From the NCBI GenBank assembly GCA_963776345.1, contig CAVZMH010000022.1, forward strand, positions 416,001-480,000: a DNA stretch of 64,000 bases. The letters run 5' to 3'. Numbering within the stretch: position 1 is the stretch's first letter; every line of letters starts with the position of its first letter. The notes under the pieces are model-generated. The model did no database searches. It was given only the letters and a program-made list of their open reading frames with translations, and was not told where the DNA came from. The translations under genes were made by a program, and so were the position numbers. The DNA comes from an uncultured delta proteobacterium. Lineage in GTDB: Bacteria > Myxococcota > Myxococcia > Myxococcales > Myxococcaceae. Shown piece by piece: positions 18,691 through 29,460 of this stretch.

Positions 18691-20739
18691 ATGCGGCAGC
18701 TTGCTCGACTGGTGGTTCTGGGCTGGCTGGGACTGGGCTGCGCGGGCGGGGTGTCACCGGGCACGGGTGACGGAGGGAGCCAGGCCACCGTCCCGGGCGC
18801 GCCCACCGGAGTCACCGCGCAGGCCGGCGACGGCGCCGCCGCCGTGCGCTGGACGGCACCGGCGAGCGACGGCGGGCGGCCCATCTCCGGCTACACGGTC
18901 GCGGTGTCACCGCCCGCCGCGGGGGCCACCGTCCACGTGAACGCCACCACCGCCTCGGTCACCGGCCTGACCAACGGGACGGCGTACCAGTTCACCGTCT
19001 CGGCGACGAACGCCGTCGGCACCGGTCCGGCGAGCCAGCCGTCGGCGCCCGTCACCCCGACGAGCTCGGTCGGCCTGCCGACCGGTCTCGCCTACGCCAC
19101 CAACCCGGCGAGCTACACCGTCGGGGTCGCCATCCCTCCGGACATCCCGAGCAGCAGCGGGGGAGCGCCGTCGAGCTACGCCGTCTCTCCGGCGCTCCCG
19201 ACCGGCTTGGTGCTCGACCCCTTGACCGGGGTCATCTCCGGGACGCCGGGCGCCCCGGTGGCGAGCGCGGCGTACCAGGTCACGGCGAGCAACGGCGCGG
19301 GGAGCGCCTCGGTGTCCCTGACCATCACCGTCTCCGCGGCCCAGTCGATCTTCCCCCTCGCCATCTCGCCCTCGAAGAACTTACTGGTCGACGCGAGCGG
19401 CCGGCCGTTCCTCGTCCAGGGTGACGCCGCCTGGTCGGCCATCGCCCAGCTCAGCGAGGCCGACGCGCTCCTGTACCTCGACGACCGCCAGAGCCGCGGC
19501 TTCAACGCCATCCTGGTCAACCTGGTCGAACACTCGTTCACCTCGCACCGCCCGAACTGGGCGAACGCCGCGGGCAACGTGCCCTTCACCGGCACCGTCC
19601 CCGGACAGTGCCCGAGCACCGGGGGAACGACCGGCTGCAACGACCTGTCGACTCCCAACGACGCCTACTTCCAGCACGTCGACTGGTTCCTCCAGCGCGC
19701 GCGGGAGCGGAACATCCTCGTGCTCCTCGCGCCGGCCTACCTCGGCTACGCCGGGCCGAACGGGACCGACGGCTGGTTCAACGACATGCAGGCCACGGGG
19801 ACGACGGGACTCACCGCCTACGGCCGGTACCTCGGCGCCCGGTACGGCGCCGCGGCGTACCCCAACCTCCTCTGGGTCAACGGGTGCGACTACACGCCAT
19901 CGGGCTCGCAGGTCGCGCTGGTCAACGCCCTGGTCGACGGCATCAAGGCCGGTGGCGGGACGCAGCTCATGACCGCGCACTGGGGCGGCGAGCCGAGCTA
20001 CGGCAGCTACGGTCCGCAGCCCAGGCCGACCTGGATCGACGTCGACACGGTCTACGTCGAGTCCGCGCCCCACAACTATCAGTTCACGCAGCCCGGCTAC
20101 CTTGCGGACCACGGGGTGCGCCCGGTGCTCTTCATCGAGGGCCCTTACGAGGACGAGGCGGTGGTGGCTCCTCCGGCCCCGACCTCGCCGCTCCAGCTTC
20201 GCTCCGACATGTACCAGCCCATCCTCTCCGGAGAGACCGGATTCGTGTTCGGCAACGATCCGATCTGGAATTTCTGGACGGGACCGGACACCAGCCAGAA
20301 CAACTTCTACGACGCATACGCCGGCCAATTCCCCGACTGGAAGTCAGCGCTCCCGAGCAGCGGCGGCCGGGCCGCGACGATCGCCTCGCAGTTCTTCGCT
20401 CCGCTCGACTGGATGCACCTCGTCCCGGACGACCCCAACGGCAACCAGAACCTCCTGACTTCCGGGACCGGAAGCTGGGGGAGTGACCGCTACGTGCTCG
20501 GAGCCAGAACTCCCGACGGGCGCCTGGGCCTCGCCTACTTCACCTTTCTGTCGACCGTGACCGTCGACATGACCCGGATGTCCGGGTCGACGATCGCCGC
20601 CTGGTTCGATCCCTCGAACGCGACGACGACCGCCGTTCCGGGGGGTCCGTTCGCTGCATCCGGGTCGCGGAGCTTCACCCCGCCGGGGGCCAACGGCGAC
20701 GGCTCCTCGGACTGGGTGTTGTTGCTCCAGGCCAACTGA
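18691..20739 (+). CDS. Lipoprotein: fibronectin III + putative Ig (He_PIG) + DUF4038 (GH140 apiosidase-like) + C-terminal collagen-binding-like domain
   Basis: LGLGC lipobox; VPGAPTGVTA...GLTNGTAYQFTVSATNAVG (FnIII); PALPTGLVLDPLTGVISGTP; LVDASGRPFLVQGDAAW, GFNAILVNL; AWFDPS...DWVLLL. Confidence 0.8.
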   Translation: MRQLARLVVLGWLGLGCAGGVSPGTGDGGSQATVPGAPTGVTAQAGDGAAAVRWTAPASDGGRPISGYTVAVSPPAAGATVHVNATTASVTGLTNGTAYQFTVSATNAVGTGPASQPSAPVTPTSSVGLPTGLAYATNPASYTVGVAIPPDIPSSSGGAPSSYAVSPALPTGLVLDPLTGVISGTPGAPVASAAYQVTASNGAGSASVSLTITVSAAQSIFPLAISPSKNLLVDASGRPFLVQGDAAWSAIAQLSEADALLYLDDRQSRGFNAILVNLVEHSFTSHRPNWANAAGNVPFTGTVPGQCPSTGGTTGCNDLSTPNDAYFQHVDWFLQRARERNILVLLAPAYLGYAGPNGTDGWFNDMQATGTTGLTAYGRYLGARYGAAAYPNLLWVNGCDYTPSGSQVALVNALVDGIKAGGGTQLMTAHWGGEPSYGSYGPQPRPTWIDVDTVYVESAPHNYQFTQPGYLADHGVRPVLFIEGPYEDEAVVAPPAPTSPLQLRSDMYQPILSGETGFVFGNDPIWNFWTGPDTSQNNFYDAYAGQFPDWKSALPSSGGRAATIASQFFAPLDWMHLVPDDPNGNQNLLTSGTGSWGSDRYVLGARTPDGRLGLAYFTFLSTVTVDMTRMSGSTIAAWFDPSNATTTAVPGGPFAASGSRSFTPPGANGDGSSDWVLLLQAN

Positions 20740-20967
20740 TCCGCTGCTCCGGGTGACGCCCGCCCTCGCTCCCCCGCTTGACCGCAGGATTTGCACGCCG
20801 GCGGAGGCCTGTCCGTCGCGCCGGACGAGGGGGCGGCCGCATCGATGCAGCGCGGAGGGTGACGCCGACCTGATTCACTTTTTACCCGTTGTTCGTCACC
20901 GGGAATTGCGTCAAGCCTGCGTCTTCGGCAGCCGCACCTGCTGCGGCGGCTCGGGACAGGGGTCGCG

Positions 20968-23900
20968 ATGCGCTTCCATCGCTCTGCGGAACGGCTCGCT
21001 CTGGCCGTCGTCGCCGGCCTGATCGGCCTGGCGAGCACGGGGTGCGGCTCGTCGGGCCCGGAGGGCCCCGGCACGCCGAGCGGGCTGGCGTACTCGGCCA
21101 ACCCGGCGGTGTACGTGAAGGGAACGCCGATCGCCCCCAACACCCCGCATGCCAGCGGTGGGACGATCCGCTCCTTCTCCGTGTCGCCGGCGCTGCCGGC
21201 AGGCTTGAGCCTCGACCCGACCACCGGCGTCATCTCCGGCACGCCCACCGCGGTCGCCCCACAGACCCGCTACACGGTGAAGGCCTCCAACGCGAGCGGG
21301 AGCACCACCGCCACGCTGACCCTCACCGTCAACGACGTTCCGCCCACGGGGCTGGCCTACGCGACCAACCCTGTCGTCTACACCCGGGGGACGGCCATCG
21401 CCCCGAACGCGCCGAGCAGCGGCGGCGGAGCGGTGGTCTCGTACGGCGTCTCCCCGGCCCTCCCCGCCGGGCTCGGGCTCGACCCGTCGACCGGCGTCAT
21501 CAGCGGGACGCCCGCCGCGGTGGCCGCGACCGCGAGCTACACCGTCACCGCCACCAACTCCGGCGGAAGCGCCACCGCGACCCTGACCCTCACCATCGAC
21601 GACGCGGCGCCGGCCAACCTGGCCTACGCGGCCAACCCGGCCGTGTACACCAAGGGGACGGCCATCGCGCCCAACGTCCCCGGGAATGACGGGGGAGTCG
21701 CGACGTCCTACGCCGTGACGCCAGCCCTCCCGGCAGGGTTGAGCCTCGACCCTTCCACCGGCGTCATCAGCGGGACGCCGACCACGGTGACGCCCGCGGC
21801 GACCTACCTGGTCACCGCGAGCAACGTGACCGGCAGCACCACGGTGGTTCTCACCATCACCGTCAACGACGTGGCCCCGAGCAGCCTGGTCTACGGGAGC
21901 AACCCGGCGGTCTACACCAAGGGCGTCGCCGTTTCGCCGAACGTGCCGAGCAGCGGCGGCGGCTGGGTGATCTCGTACTCGATCGCCCCGGCGCTGCCCG
22001 CGGGGCTGAGCCTGAACACGACCACCGGGGTCATCACCGGGACGCCCACCGCCGTCACCGCGACGGCGAGCTACCTGGTGACCGCGAGCAACACCGGGGG
22101 GAGCACCAGCGTCGGCGTGAGCATCACGGTCAACGACGTGGCGCCGACCAACCTCACCTACGCCACCAATCCAGCGGTCTACACCCGGGGCACCTCCATC
22201 ACGCCGAACGCGCCGAGCAACGGGGGAGGGACGGTGATCTCCTACTCGGTTTCTCCGGTGCTCCCTGCGGGCCTGAGCCTGAACACCAGCACCGGGGTGA
22301 TCGGCGGGCTCCCCACGGCCGTGACCGCGGCGGCGAACTACACGGTGACGGCGAGCAACTCCGGCGGGAGCACCACGGTGACCGTGCGCATCACCGTGAA
22401 CGACGTGCCGCCGGGGACGTTCGTCTACGCCACCAACCCCGCGGTGTACACCAAGGGCACGGCCATCACCCCGAACGCGCCCAGCAACGGAGGAGGAACG
22501 GTGACCTCCTACTCCGTCGCCCCGGCGCTCCCGGCTGGCCTGAGCCTCAACACCACCACCGGGGTGATCAGCGGGACTCCCACCGTGGTCACGCCGGCCG
22601 CGAGCTACACGGTGACCGCCGGCAACACCGGCGGAAGCACCACCGCCAGCGTGAGCATCACCGTGAACGACGTAGCGCCGAGCGCGCTGACGTACTCGGT
22701 GAACCCGGCGGTGTACACCAAGGGGACGGCCATCACGGCGAACACGCCGAGCACCGGAGGAGGGACGGTGACCTCCTACTCCGTCGCCCCGGCGCTGCCC
22801 GCTGGGCTGGCCCTGGACACGACCACCGGCAACATCACCGGGACACCGACGGCGGTGACGGCAACCGCGAGCTACACGGTGACGGCGACCAACAGCGGGG
22901 GGAGCACCGCTGCCAGCCTGACCATCACGGTGAACGACGTGGCGCCGAGCGGGCTGACGTACTCGGCGAACCCGGCGGTGTACACCAGGGGGACGGCCAT
23001 CGCGACGAACCTGCCGGGCAACGCCGGCGGGACGGTGACCGCGTACTCGGTCGCTCCGGCGCTGCCGGCGGGGCTGAGCCTGAACACGGCCACCGGGGCC
23101 ATCACCGGGACGCCCACCCTGGTGCTACCCGCGGCGAGCTACACGGTGACGGCGAGCAACAGCGGGGGCAGCACCACCGTTGGCCTGACCATCACCGTGA
23201 ATGACGTGGCGCCGAGCGCGCTGACCTACTCGGTGAATCCGGCGGTGTACACCAAGGGGACGGCCATCGCGCCGAATGGCCCGAGCTCGAGCGGGGGCGC
23301 GGTGATCTCGTACTCGGTCGCTCCGGCGCTGCCCGCGGGGCTGGGCCTGAACACGGCCACCGGGGTCATCACCGGGACGCCCACCGCCGTCACCACGACC
23401 GCGACCTACACCGTGACCGCGAGCAACACCGGGGGGAGCACCAGCGTCGGCGTGAGCATCCGGGTGAACGACGTGGCGCCGAGCGCGCTGACGTACTCGG
23501 TGAACCCGGCGGTGTACACCAAGGGGACCGCCATCGCGCCGAACACGCCGAGCAACGCCGGCGGGGCGGTGACCTCGTACTCGGTCGCCCCGGCGCTGCC
23601 GGCAGGCCTGACCCTGAACACCGGGACCGGCAACATCACCGGGACGCCGACGGCGGTGACGGCGACCGCGAGCTACACGGTGACCGCGAGCAACAGCGGG
23701 GGGAGCACCACCGTCGGCCTGACCATCACGGTGAACGACGTGGCGCCGAGCGCGCTGACCTACTCGGCGAACCCGGCGGTGTACACCAAGGGGACCGCCA
23801 TCGCGACGAACACGCCGAGCAACGGGGGAGGGGCGGTGACCTCGTACTCGGTCGCTCCGGCGCTGCCCGCGGGGCTGGCCCTGAACACCGGGACCGGGAC

Positions 23901-26900
23901 CATCACCGGAACGCCCACGGCCATCACCCCGACCGCGAGCTACACGGTGACCGCGAGCAACAGCGGGGGGAGCACCACCGTCGGCGTGACCATCACGGTG
24001 AACGACGTGGCGCCGAGCGCGCTGACGTACTCGTCGAACCCGGCGGTGTACACCAGGGGGACCGCCATCGCGACGAACACGCCGAGCAACGGGGGAGGGA
24101 CGGTGACCTCGTACTCGGTCGCTCCGGCGCTGCCCGCGGGCCTGGCCCTGAACACCGGGACCGGGGCCATCACCGGGACGCCGACGGCGGTGGCGGCGGC
24201 CGCGAGCTACACGGTGACGGCGACCAACAGTGGGGGGAGCACCACTGTCGGCGTGACCATCACCGTGAACGACGTGGCGCCGAGCGGGCTGACGTACTCG
24301 GCAAACCCGGCGGTCTACACCACGGGGACGGCCATCGCGGCGAACACGCCGAGCAACGGGGGAGGGACGGTGACCTCGTACTCGGTCTCGCCGGCGCTGC
24401 CCGCGGGGCTGGGCCTGAACACGACGACGGGCGTCATCAGCGGGACACCCACCGCCATCACCGCGACCGCGAGCTACACGGTGACCGCGACCAACACCGG
24501 GGGGAGCACCACGGTCGGCGTGACCATCACGGTGAACGACGTGGCGCCGAGCGCGCTGACCTACTCGTCGAACCCGGCGGTGTACACCAAGGGGACGGCC
24601 ATCGCGGCGAACAGCCCGAGCTCGAGCGGGGGCGCCGTGGTCTCGTACTCGGTCTCGCCGGCGCTGCCGGCGGGCCTGGCCCTGAACACGACGACGGGCG
24701 TCATCAGCGGGACGCCCACCGCCATCACCGCGACCGCGACCTACACCGTGACCGCGAGCAACAGCGGGGGGAGCACCACCGTCGGCGTGAGCATCCGGGT
24801 GAACGACGTGGCGCCGAGCGGGCTGACGTACTCGGCGAACCCGGCGGTGTACACCACGGGGACGGCCATCGTGGTCAACACCCCGACCGTGAGCGGTGGC
24901 CCGGTGGTGACCTGGTCCGTCTCCCCGGCGCTCCCGGCGGGCCTGAGCCTCAACACCATCGACCGGCGTCATCAGCGGGACGCCCACTGGCGTCGCCGCG
25001 ACCGCGACGCTACACGGTCACCGCGACCAACACCGGCGGGAGCACCAGCGTCGGCCTGAGCATCACCGTGAACGCGACCCGCAATCGGCTCGGTACGCCT
25101 TCGCGGCCAACTTCGACGACGGCACGCTCACCACCTACGCGGTGGAGGCGGCCACGGGCCTGCTCCGTGTCACCGGTTACGTGACCACGGGCACCAATCC
25201 CAGGTCGGTGGCCGTGAACCCGGCGGGAACGTTCGCCTACGTGGCCAACCTCGGCTCGAACACCGTGTCCGGCTTCACCATCGACACCAGCGGCGACGCT
25301 GACCAGCGTGGGCGCCGTCACCGCGGCCGGGTCGCAGCCCTTCGCGGTCGCCGTCGACCCGTCCGGGAAGTTCGCCTACGTCACCGCGGCCGGCAGCAAC
25401 CAGCTGCTGGCCTACAGCATCAACCAGACCACCGGTGCGCTCACCGCCGTGGGGCCGGCCTCCACCGGCGCCGGGCCGTCGCTGGTGACCGTCCACCCCT
25501 CGGGCAAGTTCGCCTACGTGACCAACAACGGGGAGAACACCGTCTCCGCCTTCGGGATCGACTCAGCCACCGGTGCGCTCAGCGCCGGTGGGCACGGTGC
25601 CGGCCGGGACCGGCCCTTACGCCGTCGCCGTCGACCCCACCGGCCGCTTCGCCTACGTGGCCAACGCGACCTCCGGGGACGTCTCGGTCTACGCCATCGA
25701 CGGGTCCACGGGGGCGCTGACCAGCCTCGGAGGGGCGGTGGCGTCCGGGCCGAGCCCGAGCGCGGTCGCCGTCGATCCCGGCGGCCGATTCGTCTACGTG
25801 ACCAACTTCGGCTCCAACAGCGTCTCGGTGTTCGCGCATCAACGGCACCACCGGAGCCCTGACCAGCGCCGGCTCCGTCACCGCCGCGAACCCGAACGAC
25901 ATCTCGATCGACGCCTCGGGCGCCTTCGCCTACGTGGTCGACCGCTTCACGAACCAGGTCTCGGCGTTCACCATCGACGGGACCACCGGGGCGCTGACCC
26001 AGCTCCACGCCTTCGCCAGCCGGACCGGCCCGGTGTCGATCGCCTTCGCCCGGGGGGCGACCGCGGTGAAGTACGTCCCCAGGTTCGCGTACGTGGCCAA
26101 CATCGGCTCCGGCACGGTGTCCGGCTACTCGGTGAACGCGAGCACCGGGGCGCTGACCAGCCTGGGCACCCCGGCGACCGCCGGGACGCAGCCCATCGCG
26201 GTGGCGCTCGCGCCGTCGGGGAAGTTCGCCTACGTGGTCAACGTCGGCTCGAACAACGTGTCCATCTTCTCGGTCGACGGGACGACCGGGACGCTGACTG
26301 CCGTCGGGTCCCCCGTCGCTGCGGGGACCCAGGCCGCGTCCATCGCCATCGACCCTTCCGGTCGATTCGCCTACGTGGCCAACGCGGGTGGGAACAACGT
26401 GTCCGGGTTCAGCATCGACCCGGGTAGCGGCGCGCTGACCAGCCTGGGGTCGGCGGTCGGCGTCGGGTCGCAGCCCGTCTCCGTGGTGTTCGATCCCACG
26501 GGCAGGTTCCTCTACGTGGCCAACGCGGTCTCCAATGACGTCTCGGCGTTCTCCATCGACCGGACCACCGGGGCGCTGACCAGCCTCGGGACGGCGGTGG
26601 CCGCGGGGACTGGCCCCACGGGGATCACGGTCGATCCGTCCGGGAGCTTTGCCTACGTGAGCAACTCCGGCGGCACGGTCTCGGTCTACCTGGTCAGCAG
26701 CACCAGCGGGGCGCTGACCGCCGTGGGGTCCCCGGTCGCCGCGGGGACGAACCCCAACGCGGTGGCCGTGGACCCATGGGGTGGGTACGCCTACGTGGCG
26801 AACGGAGCTTCCAGGGACGTCTCCGGCTACTCGATCAGCTCCACCAACGGCGCGCTGACCAGCCTCGGAGCCACGGTGGCGGCGAGCGTCAACGCGTACG

Positions 26901-27070
26901 CGATCGTGGTCGACCCGTCGGGGGCGTTCGTCTACGTGGTGAACGACGGATCCGGGGACATCTCGGGCTACTCCGTCAACGGCGCCACCGGGGCGCTGAC
27001 CAGCCTGGGGGCGACCACGGCCGCGGGGGTGAACCCCCGGTCGATCGCCATCCAGGGGACGATCCAGTAG
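20968..27070 (+). CDS. Giant surface lipoprotein: 15 putative Ig (He_PIG) repeats plus two 7-bladed lactonase-type beta-propellers; frameshifted (sequencing error or pseudogene)
   Basis: ASTGC lipobox; 89-aa repeats; 14 blades of the type FAYVAN..SNxVS.F.ID..TGALT; ORFs 20968-25059, 25142, 25308, 25573 and 25934-27070 join through six small indels. Confidence 0.8.
21070..25075 (+). repeat. 15 tandem 267-bp repeats (89-aa Ig-like domains)
   Basis: The NDV/DDA linker recurs at 21331, 21598, 21865, 22132, 22399, 22666, 22933, 23200, 23467, 23734, 24001, 24268, 24535 and 24802. Confidence 0.95.
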
Positions 27071-27080
27071 CGACCCCGGG

Positions 27081-27170
27081 TCAGGGGAACGAGGTGAACA
27101 GGTCGCTCAGGTCGGTGGCCTGCGCGGCGTCGCAGAGGAAGGGCCGCACCCCGGAGATCTCCTGGAGGCA
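27081..27170 (-). pseudogene. C-terminal remnant of a phosphoesterase / alkaline-phosphatase-superfamily gene
   Basis: LQEISGVRPFLCDAAQATDLSDLFTSFP* resembles phosphoesterase C-termini as I recall them; no upstream body. Confidence 0.4.
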
Positions 27171-27278
27171 AACCGGAGAAAGCGACCTCGCCAGCGCGAC
27201 GATCCGGCATGCTCCCCGGTCCGTGACCGTGCGCCGGAGCCTGGCGCGCGATCGCTCCGCCCGGGGAGATGAGACCGA

Positions 27279-28622
27279 ATGACCACGACGAGAGCTGTTC
27301 CCGCAGCCCGTGCCCTGCTGGCCCTTCTGTTGCTCGCAGGTTCGGCAAGGGCGCAGCACGCTCCGCCGCCGGCGGCTCCGCACTTCACCGCCGTCCGCGC
27401 CGGGCGGCTGATCGACCCTTCGACCGGTAGCGTCGCGACGGAGCAGATCATCCTGATCAAGGACAAGAAGTTCGAGGCGATCGGACCGAAGGTCGCCATC
27501 CCGCCCGGGTCCGAGGTGATCGACCTGTCCGGCCTGACCGTCCTGCCGGGGCTGGTCGATACCCACAACCACCTGGCCATCACCTACAAGGTCGATCCCG
27601 AGCGCAACAACTACTACGTCACGGTCATCACCGACAGCACGCCGTTACGGGCGATCCAGGCGGCCTCGAACGGCATCCAGATGCTCGCCTCGGGATTCAC
27701 CATCGTCCGGGACATGGGGAACAACGGGAACTACGCGGACACGGCGCTCCGGCAGGCGATCGAGGAGGGCTGGCTCCCCGGTCCCCAGATCGTCAACGCG
27801 GGGATCATCATCGGGGGAATGGGCGGACAGTTCTGGCCCACGCCCGAGATGGGCATCGACAAGCACGTCGTGTACCCCGAGTACATCGACGCGGACACGC
27901 CCGACGAGATCGTGAAGGCGGTCCGGCAGAACATGCTGTACGGGGCCAAGGTCATCAAGATCTGCGCCGACTGCAAGCCCTGGGGCTACTCGGTCGACGA
28001 GGTGAAGCTGGTGGTCGCCGAGGCGGCGAAGGGCGGGCTCAAGGTCGAGGCCCACGCCCAGACCGTCGAGGGTGCCCGTCGCGCCATCGAGGGAGGGGTC
28101 TGGTCGATCGCCCATGACCTCGGGCTCGACGACGCGAACCACAAGCTGATGGCGAAGAAGGGGACGTTCCGCGCCGGCACCGAGACGCCGCTGTCGCTCA
28201 CCGACCACCAGACCGAGGCCGGCTTCAAGCGCGACGTCGCCAGCCTGCGAAACGCCTGGGAGAACAAGGTCAACATCACCTACTCGACCGACGCCGACTA
28301 CTACGTCCCGGGAAAGACGCGCGGCGAGGTGGCGATCGAGTTCATCGAGACCTGGAAGGCCGCCGGCATCCCCGCGCGCGACATCCTCAGGGCGATGACC
28401 ACCACTGGCTACCGGTGCGCGCAGACCGAGAGCACCCGTGGGCCGATCAAGCCCGGCCTGGCCGCCGACCTCATCGCCGTGCCGGGCAATCCGCTGGAGA
28501 CCATCGACGCCCTCCGCGACGTGCAGCTGGTGATGAAGGACGGGGTGGTCTTCAAGCAGAAGGGGGTGATGACCCCGGGGCCGTTCTTCCACGGCGGGCC
28601 GGTCAACGGGCTGGTCCGGTGA
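27279..28622 (+). CDS. Secreted amidohydrolase family protein (Xaa-Pro dipeptidase-like)
   Basis: Signal peptide; TVLPGLVDTHNH, GFTIVRDMG, ADLIAVPGNPL, VMKDG. Confidence 0.88.
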   Translation: MTTTRAVPAARALLALLLLAGSARAQHAPPPAAPHFTAVRAGRLIDPSTGSVATEQIILIKDKKFEAIGPKVAIPPGSEVIDLSGLTVLPGLVDTHNHLAITYKVDPERNNYYVTVITDSTPLRAIQAASNGIQMLASGFTIVRDMGNNGNYADTALRQAIEEGWLPGPQIVNAGIIIGGMGGQFWPTPEMGIDKHVVYPEYIDADTPDEIVKAVRQNMLYGAKVIKICADCKPWGYSVDEVKLVVAEAAKGGLKVEAHAQTVEGARRAIEGGVWSIAHDLGLDDANHKLMAKKGTFRAGTETPLSLTDHQTEAGFKRDVASLRNAWENKVNITYSTDADYYVPGKTRGEVAIEFIETWKAAGIPARDILRAMTTTGYRCAQTESTRGPIKPGLAADLIAVPGNPLETIDALRDVQLVMKDGVVFKQKGVMTPGPFFHGGPVNGLVR

Positions 28623-28643
28623 ACGGCCGGCCGGGGCGGCGCT

Positions 28644-28805
28644 CTACTCGTCGCCCTCGTCGTTGGCCAGGATGCCCGCGGCGAACCAGCGTCCCTGCGG
28701 ATTGTGGATCAGCAGCACCGGCGTGGTGCAGGGGTTCGGAGGCGGGGGGCTCAGCGTGTCATCGATGCGGAAATCGCCGCTGGACGCGAGCAGCACCTCG
28801 GTTGC
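28644..28805 (-). pseudogene. Possible C-terminal remnant of a conserved hypothetical secreted protein
   Basis: GDFRIDDTLSPPPPNPCTTPVLLIHNPQGRWFAAGIL...* is protein-like with coding-type codon bias but has no credible start. Confidence 0.35.
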
Positions 28806-28820
28806 GCGGTCGAGTCCCCG

Positions 28821-28937
28821 GTGGTCGGGATCGGGCTCTTCATCTCCTCGCTGAGCTGCACCCAGCAACAGGCAATTCTCGGCGTGGTCCTCTTCGTGAC
28901 GCCCGCGACGATGCTCTCGGGGTTCGCGACATCAATC
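28821..28937 (+). pseudogene. Internal fragment of an ABC-2 (YbhR-like) transporter permease
   Basis: VVGIGLFISSLSCTQQQAILGVVLFVTPATMLSGFATSI matches the GLFIS..TQQQA...LSGF motif; no start or remaining body. Confidence 0.6.
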
Positions 28938-28996
28938 CCTCCGCTGGCGCGGGCGATGCACCCCTCACGCGCAGGCCTCTCTGGAGAGGCTAATGG

Positions 28997-29012
28997 AGGC
29001 GCAAGCTTTGCG
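28997..29012 (+). promoter_or_regulatory. Possible sigma54 promoter
   Basis: AGGCGCAAGCTTTGCG (GG-N10-GC with TTGC) 25 nt before the CBS gene ATG. Confidence 0.35.
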
Positions 29013-29037
29013 CGCGCGCCCCTCGAAGGAGTGTTCC

Positions 29038-29460
29038 ATGGCACCGGCAATGAAGGTCGAGAGCCTGATGTCGACCGCGCTCGTCACGCTCCGGGAGACG
29101 GACCTGGTCGCCAGGGCGGACATGGAGATGAAGCTGGGCTCGCTGCGTCACGTCCCGGTCGTCGACGAGAAGCAGAACCTCGTCGGCATCCTGTCCGCAC
29201 GGGATGTGCTCGAGGCGCTGGCGAGGGGCAAGAAGCAGGTGCGCGTTGGGGAGTCCATGACCCGCCACGTCGTCACGGTCACGCCCGACACCCCGGTTCA
29301 CACCGCGATCGACCTGCTGCTCGAGAACGGGTTCGGCTCCCTCCCCGTCATCGGAAGCGACGGGCATCTGATGGGGATCGTGACCGAGACGGACTTCCTC
29401 CGGGCCTCCCGCATGGCGTTGCCGATCGACGCCTCGGCCCCCGGGGGAGACTGGAGATGA
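29038..29460 (+). CDS. CBS domain pair protein
   Basis: RBS GAAGGAG; RHVPVVD...LVGILS.RD; GSLPVI...LMGIVTETD. Confidence 0.9.
   Translation: MAPAMKVESLMSTALVTLRETDLVARADMEMKLGSLRHVPVVDEKQNLVGILSARDVLEALARGKKQVRVGESMTRHVVTVTPDTPVHTAIDLLLENGFGSLPVIGSDGHLMGIVTETDFLRASRMALPIDASAPGGDWR

Noticed and set aside
21070..25075. Regular repeats as a CRISPR array or mobile element
   Set aside because: In-frame 267-bp coding repeats with no unique spacers, cas genes or terminal inverted repeats.
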